Assembly: GCA_951406725.2 (NCBI GenBank)
Contig: OX597835.1
Coordinates: forward strand, 25,420,001 to 25,484,000
Direction of reading: 5' to 3'
DNA: 64,000 nt
DNA from: Octopus vulgaris
Taxonomy: Eukaryota
The notes beneath the pieces are model-generated. The model saw nothing but the letters and a program-made list of their open reading frames with translations. It was not told where the DNA came from and searched no databases. Made by a program: the position numbers and the translations under genes. Position 1 is the stretch's first letter; each line of letters starts with the position of its first letter. This document shows, in pieces, positions 1-12,528 of this stretch.

Positions 1-136
1 TGCGCTTCCTTGGTCTCAGGTTTTTTTGCTATGTATTTTTTTTTTATATATAATATGCAAAAATATCACTAATATTTCTAAAATGGTTTATTTACTCAAT
101 AATAAACCGAATGAACTCTTCCCACCCACCTCTTAA

Positions 137-2663
137 CCATTTCATTACTATATACAGTATATATGTATATACACTGTATATTTTTTCTTATATATATATA
201 TTATTTAAAAAACCAAAATACACCTCTCATGTATTTTAATTAAAGTCTAATATTATTGTAAATTTAGACTGGTTTCATAAAACAACTCCAACTTTTTAAT
301 TTATCAAAATATTAATGTGATTTTTGGAACACAATTTTACAAACAATTTTAAAAAACAAATCTATTGCTTAATGTTTTTGGCTCAAAGTTACTCTAATTA
401 CAGGTAAATATAAATATAAAATTATTCAGTTTTTTTCTAAAACCTCGTCATAGAAAATGAGTTATTAGTTAATATTCAAATGAGTATATGACAAAATTTT
501 AATATAAAAGTATTGTGCACATTATTAGATTATCATATAACTTGAATGCATATAAGACAGGTGTAACAATAAATATTAAAATAGAGAGAAATATTTGAAT
601 TTATCTTTGTAGAAAACTAGGAAACTAAATTCACTTGCCATTAATTAACTAAATGAAATTAACTCACATACATGCACAAATACACAGAAACACATTTGAT
701 AATGATTCACAATGCAAACTGATAAAAAAAAGATGTCAATCACCTTACAGGTAAATTAAAATTACAGGTAATAAAAAAAAAAACTAAGGTAAATTTAGGA
801 AAAATATTTATAAAATCAAATATCTTTTTCTCTTTCTATAATGGAAACTTGTAGAGCACCCCATTCTATATAATTGCAACCTTACAGAATGCAAACTGGA
901 AATTTGTTTCAACTGCTTGTCCACTGGTAGCTTTCCCCAACCCTCAATTTTTTTCTAATTTATGGAAATTGGCTGAATTCAGAGGGATATCTCTCTGACA
1001 GGCTTCTAGTTTTTCTCCTGACAGTTATTTTTTGGGATGAAAAACCAGCCCTCAACTGCATTGCTAGATCTGCTCACAACTGGTGATGGTCACCTCACTT
1101 TTGAGCCTCTCCTGATTTCGTATATAGTGGAAGTGCATTAACAGTGCTCATATTTACTCTATACCAAACTAGGTATTGCAACCATTAATTACCCGGTCTA
1201 CCAACTAGGTAATAGCTCATCATTTGATTCAGCCAATCTACACCACCCATGTACCTGTTATAATTCAGGTTCAAAAAATGGGGTGCTATTTTCACCCACA
1301 TGTGGTTGCACACAGGTAAATAGAAAACTTAGTTACTTCTTATCTCTGTATGTGGTCGCTTGCAAGTTTCCTTTCTACTGTTGGATTATTTCATCTCTGA
1401 TTTTTAATTTTGCCTATTTTATATCCAATGGCAGCCCTTTTCTACTGGCAACTACTATAGCACATGTATATGCTGTCACAGTTTCTAAATCTGCTGCAGG
1501 TTTGATCAAACTGAAAAACTCGTCAAAAAAAAATATATTTCTTTACTACCCACAAGGGGCTAAACACAGAGGGGACAGACAAAGAGATTAAGTCAATTAC
1601 ATCAACCCCAGTGCGTAACTGGTACTTAATTTATCGACCCCGAAAGGATGAAAGGCAAAGTCGACCTCGGCAGAATTTGAACTCGGAACGTAACGACAGA
1701 CGAAATACGGCTACGCATTTTGCCCGGCGTGCTAGCATTTCTGCCAGCTCACTGGTCAAAAAAATATATGGCTCTAGTTATGGTATCAGTGTGATATATT
1801 CCAGACCATATATCAGCCTAGGCCATGCTGGCTTACATTATTCATTTTCCTGATGTAAAAGCTGAACCAACAGCAGTGTATTAACTTCACAAATCTTCCA
1901 AACTTTGATACCCTGTTTTGTGGGTTTTCCGGGCATGTATTGTTGGAAACGTACTCCACTGGTATAACCCACCGTACTATCATTGACAAATTGGTATCTC
2001 CCTGGTTTGTACAATGTTTTATATGTGTAGAAATTAGATTCCACAGTAATTGTTTTGAAGAAACTAAGAGCAGAGAAAAAAAAAAGTCCAATGGTTTTGT
2101 TTCCTGGGAAAGACTATGACTAGGTTCAGTCTCTTCAGAAAAATCAGTAAGAAAGACAGTTTTTAAACTTTTATTCCATTCAGGTGCAAATCCATTTTCT
2201 TTGTTGCTGTCGGAGTTGTCAGAATTGCTTTCACTTTTGGAAATAGAGATATCCAATTCATACTCACACACCATGTGGTCTTTGTGTTCTTTGTATATTT
2301 TGCTTGAGTTTTGTATGTCTTCAGTCAAAAATCCTTCAAATTCTGATTCACTACAGGATAACATGAAACTGGTGTCCATTTTCTGCCAGTAATATATAAA
2401 AAAAAAAAAAAAAATTTTTTCAAGCTGATGTAGAAAAAAACCTTGGGGTGGGGTGTCAAAAATCCAGTGGTTAGGTATCATACCAAATACTGTTGGATGC
2501 TGTAACTTAATTATTCATGTAATGAAATCATGTATTTTCATGAATGTACTAATGAGATTCGTGCTGAAGTTCTCATTTAAATATGACTAGGTTATTTCAG
2601 CCATTTTTAGCCAGGTTTGGTAACATTCGCCAATAAAATACAATCACCTTAGTAATGAAAGGG
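137..2663 (-). mobile_element. Decayed piggyBac DNA transposon, apparently full length
   Basis: TIRs CCATTTCATTACTA (137-150) and TAGTAATGAAAGGG (2650-2663), flanked by TTAA (133-136) and TTAT (2664-2667). Minus-strand transposase remnants VRFQQYMPGKPTKQGIKVWKICE (~1885-1955) and NYNRYMGGVDWLNQMMSYY..W..LVWY..NA (~1135-1265), broken by stops and frameshifts. Confidence 0.85.
1537..1754 (-). mobile_element. SINE (family B) inserted in the piggyBac fossil
   Basis: Matches the repeat core GCCTTTCATCCTTTCGGGGTCGATAAATTAAGTACCAG that recurs many times in the window. Confidence 0.75.
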
Positions 2664-2689
2664 TTATTGTAGTTGTGATACCTGTGCTG

Positions 2690-3183
2690 GTGGCACATAG
2701 GGCCTCATAGAGGGAATGACGAAGACCGAGACCTCTGAGATATGCTGTGACTGTGAAGACCCGACAAATAAAGTGAGTTCATGGCTTGCAGGACAGCCTG
2801 CTGTGTTAATCTTGGATTGTAGAGTGACCCGCTGTTCTTGGGGAGACCTGTTGAGTCAAGTACGTCAACACCAACATCAAAATAAAAATCAAATGGAAAT
2901 TGTAGTTAAGATACCTATGCTGGTGACACGTAAAAAGCACCGTCCGAACGTGGCAGATGCCAGCACTGCCTGACTGGCGTCTGTGTCGGTGACACGTAAA
3001 AGCACCAACCGATCGTGGCCGTTTGCCAGCCCCATCTGGTCCCTGTGCCGGTGGCACGTAAAAATCACCCACTACACTCATGGAGTGGTTGGCGTTAGGA
3101 AGGGCATCCAGCTGTAGAAACACTGCCAGATCAAACTGGACCCAGGTCGAACCGTCCAACCCATGGACGTTAATGATGATGAT
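2690..3183 (+). mobile_element. 3' end of an RTE-type LINE (ORF2 end, 3' UTR, (GAT)n tail)
   Basis: Inverted near-copy at ~37265-37840. Ends in AATGATGATGAT and contains GGTTGGCGTTAGGAAGGGCATCCAGC, shared with many shorter copies. Confidence 0.6.
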
Positions 3184-5689
3184 CTTGGTTCTATTCTATT
3201 TAAGTGTACATCTTTGATGTTCTTAATATGTTTACATACACTTCACTTATTATTCATCAAGTTAATGTCTCTTAGAATTATTATGATTTAAAAATCCTTC
3301 TAGCTGTCTACACCAGCAAATTAAAATATTAAAATACTAGCAGTGAAAAAATATGATGGTAAATTTTTTTTTAAATCGTTGACTCATCGTAGACATTTTT
3401 AGAGAGTTACTTCCCTTATATAACAGCGAAAAAATGCATTAAAATGGGAAAAAAACGATGGTCAATCCCCATATACTGCATTAATATTTCTTGTACTTTG
3501 CACACATTTATATTCTGTTATTCTTTTTATATGTTTCAGCCTTGAGGTTGTGGCCATGCTGAACAATAATATTTTCAACAGATGTGTTGCAAATGTATCT
3601 GATTGTTCTCAAGCTTCAATACTGTGTGTGTGTGTGTATGTGTGTGTGTGTATGTATGTATGTATGTATGTATGTGTATGTATGTATGTGTGTGTGTATG
3701 TGTGTGTGTATGTGTGTGTGTGTATGTGTGTTCCCAAAGGGAGGCAGATAAAATCTGCCTTTTATAATAAGAGATTCATCTGTATATTTTGTAGTTGCTT
3801 CACCACAGGTCAGTTCTGGTTTGGCAGGCTTCTGAGCTAGGTTGTTTCAGATGTAACTATCTTTTGTTTTTTGAGATAGTGCAGCTTGGATTAAATTAGT
3901 TTTGAGTTAATATTCTGTTGAAAATTTTTTTTGTCAAAACCACAGAACTGCAATGATTGTGCAGAAAATACCTAAAAATGTCAGATTATGAAAATTGACT
4001 GAAAATTGCAGAAAAGACTTAATTTTTTGATATAGTTCAGGATGGTCATCACCCCCCCCCCATAAGCACACACACACACTATATATATATATATATATTG
4101 TTCTTCACTCATTTATTATTGCTCTTATTTATGTCCATTGTCTGGAAATCTTTTGTCACACATCTGTGACCTCTTCAGCATCCTCTCCATCCAAGTGTAT
4201 CCTTCTGCTCCACCTAGTCCATTCTTAATTTTTTCTTTCTATTCAGTGTAAGTTGGTTTTGTGTGCTTGTTAAATACACAATAACTAATAAACGGATTCA
4301 CACAAGATGATGGGAAGGATGATGTTGGGATTAAATTAAATGTAATTATTAACAGAGACAGTCATAGAAACACCATGAGGAAACAAAAAAACATTTTCCT
4401 TGATCTTTTTATGTAGCTTTTGCATTATAGAATTTACAGCTAAGAAGCACAGGTGGTCCCTTTAGTTTTGCATACAAATTGGTTTGTTTGACTATCGTGC
4501 TGATCAAACACATGTGGTTAGGAGGAAAACTTTGTAACACTCAGTCATGTTGGCATCTTAATTATTTTGTTCATTTTTTTTTTTTTGAGGCGGGGTAGTT
4601 GCTTAGGGATTGTCAAATTTGACAGGCAAACTATCATTTATGCAAGCCTGTGTATATGATGTATGTATGTATGTATGTATGTATGCATGCATGCACATGG
4701 AGAAAGAATGCTTATTTGGAAAGAATGAGTGACTAAAATAGGGATAAAGGAGATGAATATGGATTTGCTGTCTGGCATGTCTTGTGTGACCATAATTTCC
4801 TGTTCTGACTTGTGGTGGGCCTGCATTATTACAGCATCTTTCACTACGTCCCGTTTTATCCCATGTGTTTGTGACTGAGGTGGAGATGTAGCAGTGTGCA
4901 CGCGTGCATGCACACACACAACACATGCATGCACACACACATGCATACCAACATGGTTTGTGTTCCTTAGCTTCTATATACATTATGATGCCACATGAAT
5001 AGGATCAATCTAGGAAAACTACCTTTTTTTTAAAAAATTCTTTTTTGGCTCTTTTCCCCTCCCAAAATTGATGGGACTTTAACACTACCATCACCACCAC
5101 TACCCCCTCCAACAAGCAACTACCATTCAGAATAAAATGTTTTTTTTCTTTCCTCTTTTGTTATTATTGTCTAAATCCAGGTCAGCCCTGATCAAGCAGA
5201 CTGGATAATTCAAAGCATTCCAGCCATGACTATGCATAAAATCCAGTACTATATTATTCAACATGCTTGTTTCTAAGACTGTAGTTAGTTAGCTTCTATT
5301 TTTAGCAGATTGAGCATCTATATGGAGGCTCCCCGGGGGGTGGGTTTTTTCCTCCCTCAATTACTGGTAACAGTGTTTATAATTAATAGGTGTGTACTGG
5401 GGATAGTAACGGTGGTGGTGTTTAGCCATAGGCCAGCACTGATTAGGTAGACCTATGCACAAAGACACTCCAGTCAAAACCATCCCTGTTTATTTACACA
5501 CAATATATTCAAGGCTACATCATCCAATGTGTCCTTGTTTTTAAGACCTGGTAGTGTGTCTGATGAGAAACTAGATGCTATTTTGAGCAGGTTGAGCGAC
5601 CACAACGAGGCTTCCTCGTGGATTCTGTTGTAGTTAGTTGTGGCTGTAACACTGTTGTGGTGGTGGTGGTGGTGATGACGCATGTGGTT

Positions 5690-6085
5690 GTGTCTGAATG
5701 GTGATGGTGATAGTAATAGTACAGTGGTTGTGACTGATGAATGACGATGATGACGAGGATGGGTGATGGAGATAATAATAGTATGGTGGTTCTGATTGAT
5801 GAATGACGATGATGACGGGGTGGGTGATGGGGATAATAATAGTATGGTGGTTGTGACTGATGAATGACAATGATGACGGGGTGGGTGATGGGGATAATAA
5901 TAGTATGGTGGTTGTGACTGATGAATAACCATGACAGTGATGATAGGGGTGGGTGATGGTGTAATGATGATGGTGATAGCAATAGTATGATGATTGTGAC
6001 TGATGAATGATGACAATAGGAGTGAGTGATGGTGCGTGAAGAAGGTGATAGTAATAGTATGATGGTTGTGACTGGTGAATGGCAA
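5690..6085. repeat. Minisatellite, ~58-60 bp unit, about 6-7 copies
   Basis: Repeated GGTGATGGGGATAATAATAGTATGGTGGTTGTGACTGATGAATGACGATGATGACGGGGT; it accounts for the His-rich ORFs at 5474-6085. Confidence 0.85.
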
Positions 6086-6806
6086 CTACAATGATGGTGG
6101 CGGGGTGATGGTGGTGGTGATAGTAATGTTACATGGCGATGGCGGTGAAAATAGTGCTATTGATGCATTGTTGGTGGTGGTGGTCATGTCTGAATGATGA
6201 TGGGGGGGGGGGCTGTGGTGATGGAGATGGCTGGCAACGGTGATAGTTGTATTAGTTACATGGCGATGGTGCTGGAAGTAAAACTAGTACGTTAGCATTG
6301 GGTGCAAGTGAAGGAAGATATATTAATAAGTGTAGTGATAAAACAGCAGCAGTAGTAGTAGTAGCAGCAGCAGTAGTAGAGTGTGGTGATAGTTGTGATG
6401 GTGTTAGTCTGCTAGTGGTGTTCTTGATGGTAGTGTGATGGCTGTGCTGTGGTAGTAGTGGTGATATTGTTCATGTTGGTGATACTGTGGATGCTGGTAC
6501 TTGAAATCCTACTGTTGTCGTTGTCGTCACTGCTTCTGCTGTTGTTTAACCCCGGGTTGATCCTCAACAAGCACACCTATAACCATGCAATTCAAGCACA
6601 ACTATCCATCCTCCTCCTTGTTGTTTTCTTTCATCTTTTTTCCTGACAACCTTATCCAGTTTTATTTTTATTATTATTATTTTGGAAAGATGTCATGGTA
6701 GGGTGGTTTGAGGAAGCTTTGGCTACTATCTCTACCAGGTGAAGCTACCATGTAGAGGATTGCTGAAGTGCTACTGTAGGTGGTTGTGGTGATGATGATG
6801 ATTGTG

Positions 6807-6841
<35 letters not shown>

Positions 6842-7267
6842 GGTGGTGGTGGTGGTGGTGAGCAATCAGATAATCAGACTTGTGTGAATAACTGTCATAT
6901 TTGTATGAAATAGTTCGTATTTCAAAGAAAGCACGGTAATCATAAATAAAGCAGCCTTTCAGCTCTCTGTCTCTCTCTCTTCCCCCATTCTTTCTTTCTC
7001 TCTCTCTCCGTTCTCTCTCTCTGTTCTTTCTCTCTCTTTCTCTCTCCCCATTCTTTCTCTCTCTCTCTCTGTCTAACAATTGTTGCTCTATTCAATTACA
7101 TTCTCCAATGAAGTATTTGAAATGTAAAGTGGGGTGGTGTTGTTGGGGCTGAATAGTGTGCAGAATGGAAAAATTTGTTACTAAACAAATTAGATATTTT
7201 ACTGTCAATTACTACTGAAGGGTATTAAAAAAATTTTTTTATATATATATATACAAAAAATATCAAA

Positions 7268-7331
<64 letters not shown>

Positions 7332-7911
7332 GTGTTATTATTAGTAGCGTTATTTAAAGATCATTATTTTTATTGTTATATTATTGTTTAGTATGATTGT
7401 ATTTTTGGTTGAAATATTTTGTTGATAAATAAATTTTGTTTATCATATATATATATATATATCATATATATATTTGTCTCTGTATGTTATACACACTTGC
7501 TCTCGCATGCACACATACATACATGAAATATTGATGTTTGCCTACCTCGCTTGCTATTCGAATATTTGCTACTGAGAAACATTAGAACAAGCAACCCTTT
7601 GTTGTAGTAGTAGTAGTAGTAATAGTAGTAGTGTTAGCAATGTTAGTAGTAGTAGTAGTAATGTGTATGTTTGTAGTAATAATAGCTGTGTGTTTGTTGT
7701 AGCAGTTGTGTGAGGTACCAAAAAAAAAAGGAAAAACAAAAAAATGCTAAAAGCAAAATGAATTGAAAAAAAATAGTTTTTCCACATTGACTAAAACCCT
7801 GCGTGTTTCTTTTTGCAGCCCAAACTGGAACTACACTGAAGGACAGGCAACTGTCTCCTAGTTTCAGATTTAATAGAAATGTACTTATTTTGTTGTGTGT
7901 GTCAATCTATG

Positions 7912-8003
<92 letters not shown>

Positions 8004-8394
8004 TGAATGATATCTGTGTATGTTTTTGGCTTTAAAAAGAAAAAAGAGAGAACTCAATACATGGTCTGGAGTATATTTATATGAAGCAAGTTATTTCACC
8101 CTGTCACTATTACTCGGTTTCTCATTCAGTGCTATCTTCCAGGTGACAGCTAAAATAATATTTTTTTTTTTTTTTGTTGGGTGGAAGATCTATACTAAAC
8201 AAGGAACCTTGGCAACAAGGTGAATTGGCTGCTTCCCCAGGTGTGGCTGTGTGGTAAGAAGGTTGCTTCCCAACCACATGGTTCCAGGTTCAGTCCCATT
8301 GTGTCATATCATGGGCAAGTGTTTCCTACTATAGCCCCAGGCTGGCCAAAGCCTTGTGAGTGGATTTGGTGGACAGAAACTGAAAGAATCTTGT

Positions 8395-8445
<51 letters not shown>

Positions 8446-8446
<1 letters not shown>

Positions 8447-8829
8447 CTTTTACTCTTTTACTTGTTTCAGTCATTTGACTGCGGCCATGCTGGAGCACCG
8501 CCTTTAATCGAGCAACTCGACCCCGGGACTTATTCTTTTGTAAGCCCAGTACTTATTCTATCGGTCCCTTTTGCCGAACCGCTAAGTAACGGGGACATAG
8601 ACACACCAGCATGGGTTGTCAAGCAATGCTAGGGGGGGGGCAAACACAGACACACAAACGCACACACACATATATATACAACGGGCTTCTTTCAGTTTCC
8701 ATCTACCAAATCCACTCACAAGGCTTTGGTCGGCCCGAGGCTATAGTAGAAGACACTTGCCCAAGGTGCCACGCAGTGGAACTGAACCCGGAACCATGTG
8801 ATTGGTAAGCAAGCTACTTACCACACAGC

Positions 8830-8832
<3 letters not shown>
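8446..8832 (-). mobile_element. tRNA-derived SINE (family A)
   Basis: Reverse complement of the head GTGGCTGTGTGGTAAG...GGTTCAGT, then CCTTGGGCAAGT, an internal TA/TG microsatellite, and tail GAAACAAGTAAAAGAGTA. Confidence 0.8.
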
Positions 8833-8880
<48 letters not shown>

Positions 8881-9729
8881 TTGTATGTATGTATGTATGT
8901 TTGTGTGTGTGCTTATGTCCCCGTAACTTATCGGTTCAGCAAAAGAGACTGATAGAATAAGTCCTGTGGTCGTTTTGACCAACCAACTGTGGTGCTCCTG
9001 TATGGCTGCAGTCAAATGACTGGAACAAAAGAAAGAAAAAAATGTGTGCTTGTATCTCCTTGTCTTGACATCACATGATGGCTGTAAATGAGTGTCACTG
9101 TCATACAAGCAGTGCCATTAGTCTCCAATGTTCTGTGAAAACATGCCTGGCCATGGGGAGCCACTATCTTGCTTGGAAACAGGTGAGGGTCGGCATCAGG
9201 AAGGACATCTGTTGGTAGAAATATCCACTTCAGCCAAATTCCATCCAACACATGTGAGCATGGAAGAATGAACATGCAAACAATGATGATGTATATAATT
9301 CTTTACTTGTTTCAGTCATGAGACTGGCCATGCTGGGGTAGAATGAAGTAACCCCAGTACTTTTTTTTTTAAAGCCTGGTACTTATTCTATTGGTCTCTT
9401 TTGCTGAACCACTAAGTTATGAGGACATAAACAGACCAACACCAGTTGGCAAGCAGTGGTAGGACACGGATACACACACACACACACACGACAAACTTCT
9501 TCCAGTTTCCGTCTACCAAACCCACTCTTAAGGCTTTGATTGGCCCATGGGTGTAGTGGAAGACGTTTGAGGAAGGGAAGACTTGCTTGGGACTGAACCC
9601 GGAACCATGTGGTTGGGAATGTAACTTTTTGACATTTAAATTGAATAAATGGAAAAAAAGGAAAGAGTTTATCAGATTTGCTTCAGCTGATGACTCAGTA
9701 AATAAATTAATATTTGAATATATATACAT

Positions 9730-9898
9730 AGGCGTAGGAGTGGCTGTGTGGTAAGTAGCTTGCTTACCAACCACATGCTTCCGGGTTCAGTCCCACTGCA
9801 TGGCACCTTGGGCAAGTGTCTTCTACTATAGCCTCGGGCCGACCAAAGCCTTGTGAGTGGATTTGGTCGATGGAAACTGAAAAGAAGCCCGTCGTATA

Positions 9899-9963
<65 letters not shown>

Positions 9964-10160
9964 CTGTGTTTGTCCCCCTAGCATTGCTTGACAACCGATG
10001 CTGGTGTGTTTATGTCCCCATTACTTAACCGGTTCAGCAAAACAAACCGATAGAATAAGTACTGGGCTTACAAAAGAATAAGGCCCGGGGTTGAGTTGCT
10101 TAATGAAAGGCAGTGCTCCAGCATGGCCACAGTCACATGACTGAAACAAGTAAAAGAGTA
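9730..10160 (+). mobile_element. tRNA-derived SINE (family A)
   Basis: GGCGTAGGAGTGGCTGTGTGGTAAG head with A/B-box-like motifs; body and tail as in the other family A copies. Confidence 0.8.
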
Positions 10161-10493
10161 TATATATATATGATGGCAGAAACATGTAACTGAAGGGGTT
10201 TATGAAAGTGTTTTTTTTAATTTTTGTTTTAGTGATGAAGGGGTGTTGTAATGCAGAGAAACATTTTGAGGGGTTGTTTATATGTGCAGGTGTATGGACA
10301 TGCATATGTATGTACACACGATATCTATGTGTGCGTGTGGGCATCTATGCACAAACACACACACTCACATTGGTGATAACGAGCAGAAGAAAGAATGTTT
10401 GATACTGAAAGTAGACCGTGAGCAATTTATTAGATTCGGTCAGCTGGAACCGAAATTGGCTGCAAGAACCTTGTGCTGCATGTGGCACACGAA

Positions 10494-10543
<50 letters not shown>

Positions 10544-11339
10544 TCTCTCTTTCTCCTCTCTCGCATAGGCACATAAACACACATTTTTGTATGTGTATAT
10601 GTGTATGCATATCTGTATGTATGTATATATGTGTATGCAAGTGTTTGTGTATGTAAAATATCTACGTGCATGTCTGTACACAGGTGTACATAAATGCACT
10701 GTACCTACTCACTTGTGTGTTTCACACAATTTCACTGAATCATTTCCGATAATTCACGCGCATGCAATTCCGCTATTTCACGCTCATGCTAAAATGATAA
10801 CGAAAAGAAAAAAGAAAAGGGAAATATCTAATAAGCCTAAAGACTTGACTATATTTTATTTACCCTATTCTTACTAATCTGATGTGGCACGGTAGATTCA
10901 CAGTTCTTTTGACCCAGCTTCACTTCACACACACACACACACACCTTATTATTCCTGTAGATTTACAGGCAGAATTGTTAATTACTCTGACAAAATGATA
11001 GCAGCAATCTTTTCCAATCTTCTCCTTCCTTCTCTCATTTTGTTACCCTTTTTTCCTTTCCTTCTTTTTTTTTTTTTTTACTTAAATATATTCCCTCCCA
11101 CCCAACCATGTCCAACACCTTCAACTATCACCAGTTTCGTTTCAATGTTTAATTTTAAAAAAAAAATAAATAAAATTTTCCCCCACTTCTTCCCTAATTT
11201 ATATTTTCTCTTGCTTTTTTTTCAATGAATTTTATTTTTAAAAACAATTTAAATAAAATTTAAATAAACCTAAAGAATTTGCCAAAGTAAATTGCAAAAA
11301 AGAATCAAAAAAACACCCACCTCCCATATTTTATCATAG

Positions 11340-11465
11340 ATTGATGCTATCAACTCAGACTCCATGATTGCAGAATCGGAACCTGGAACTGCCTCCCTCA
11401 TGCCTGACAATGTGGACAAGGATAATGAGTCCCCGCCAACTTTGAATTTAGCGTGCTCGCAGAAC
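11340..11465 (+). CDS. Candidate alternative (cassette) exon of the PP2A B55 gene, 42 codons: IDAINSDSMIAESEPGTASLMPDNVDKDNESPPTLNLACSQN
   Basis: Acceptor ttttatcatAG at 11338-11339 and donor AAC|GTGAGT at 11466. Length 126 nt, phase 0/0, open in the frame of the next exon, and GC-richer than its flanks. No homology recognised. Confidence 0.5.
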
Positions 11466-12362
11466 GTGAGTCCCAGAATTTAGTTTTCCAGATGTTTCTT
11501 ATTCTTATTCTTCTTACCCCTTCATGTTTTTTTTGTTGTTGTTAAAATTTTTTAAAAAATAATTCTTTTTTAAACTTACACTTTTTTAAATCTAATAATC
11601 TTTAGGTTCTTCTAAAACCTGGCTTTTATTTTTTAAAAAAGTTTTTTTTAACAAAATCACAACAAAATTGCTTTGATCATTTGTTCATCTTTCTATTTTC
11701 TCCCCTCCCGCTATTGAACAATCTCATCATTATTGGTTTATATCATTAACAACCTCACGATAACTATTTCTCAATATTCACTTTATATAATATTGGTATT
11801 AAAACAAACCTTCCAATGAAACAGCGCAGACTTACCATTTCAATCCACTTTCTATCTCTCTCCCCACTATTTGTAGAGAGTTCTTAGAATGTAGATTATA
11901 TAAGAGACAAGTTTTTTTTTCTAAGAAATTATCAGTTCAATTCTATATTTATAACATACACACACAATTAGAGAAAATTATGAGCTGTAATAGCCTTGAT
12001 CTTTTAGCATTTAGATTCTTCCTTTCACTTCTTTCTGTTTCTTATAAGGATTTTTTTTTTTTTAGAAGAAAAAGACTAAAATAAAAAAAAGAAAAAGAAT
12101 TTTTTTATTTTTAAAGTTTCTGTTAATATTTCTGATTCCAGAGTTTTGTAAGTATGGTTGAATATTTTTGGCCACAGTTGTTTTGTTTTTTTAATTGTTT
12201 TTTTATTGTTTTTGTTTTCAAATGAGCTAAAATATTTTTCTTCAAAAGCAAAAAGTGGAAAGAAAAAAAAAGTAACAAACAAAACACATCCAATGCAAGA
12301 ACAGTATTGTTTTATCAATATATATTGTAATTGTATCTTGTTTATCGTTGTTGGTGTTTCAG

Positions 12363-12528
12363 AGTCAGTTAGCTGTACCAGTCCGCGGTGAATATAATGT
12401 GTATAGTACTTTCCAAAGCCATGAACCTGAATTCGACTATCTGAAAAGTCTTGAGATAGAAGAGAAAATTAACAAAATCAAATGGCTTAGGAGAACCAAC
12501 CCAGCCCACTTTTTACTTTCTACTAATG
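12363..12528 (+). CDS. PPP2R2: PP2A B55 regulatory subunit exon ([41 protein letters not shown]...FLLSTN)
   Basis: B55 signature [23 protein letters not shown]; tttcAG acceptor and G|GTAAGT donor. Confidence 0.95.

Noticed and set aside
1813-2481. 222-aa ORF as a host gene
   Set aside because: It is the frameshifted N-terminal part of the piggyBac transposase.
5474-6085. 203-aa His-rich ORF
   Set aside because: It is a translation of a minisatellite, with overlapping ORFs in several frames and no splice or homology support.
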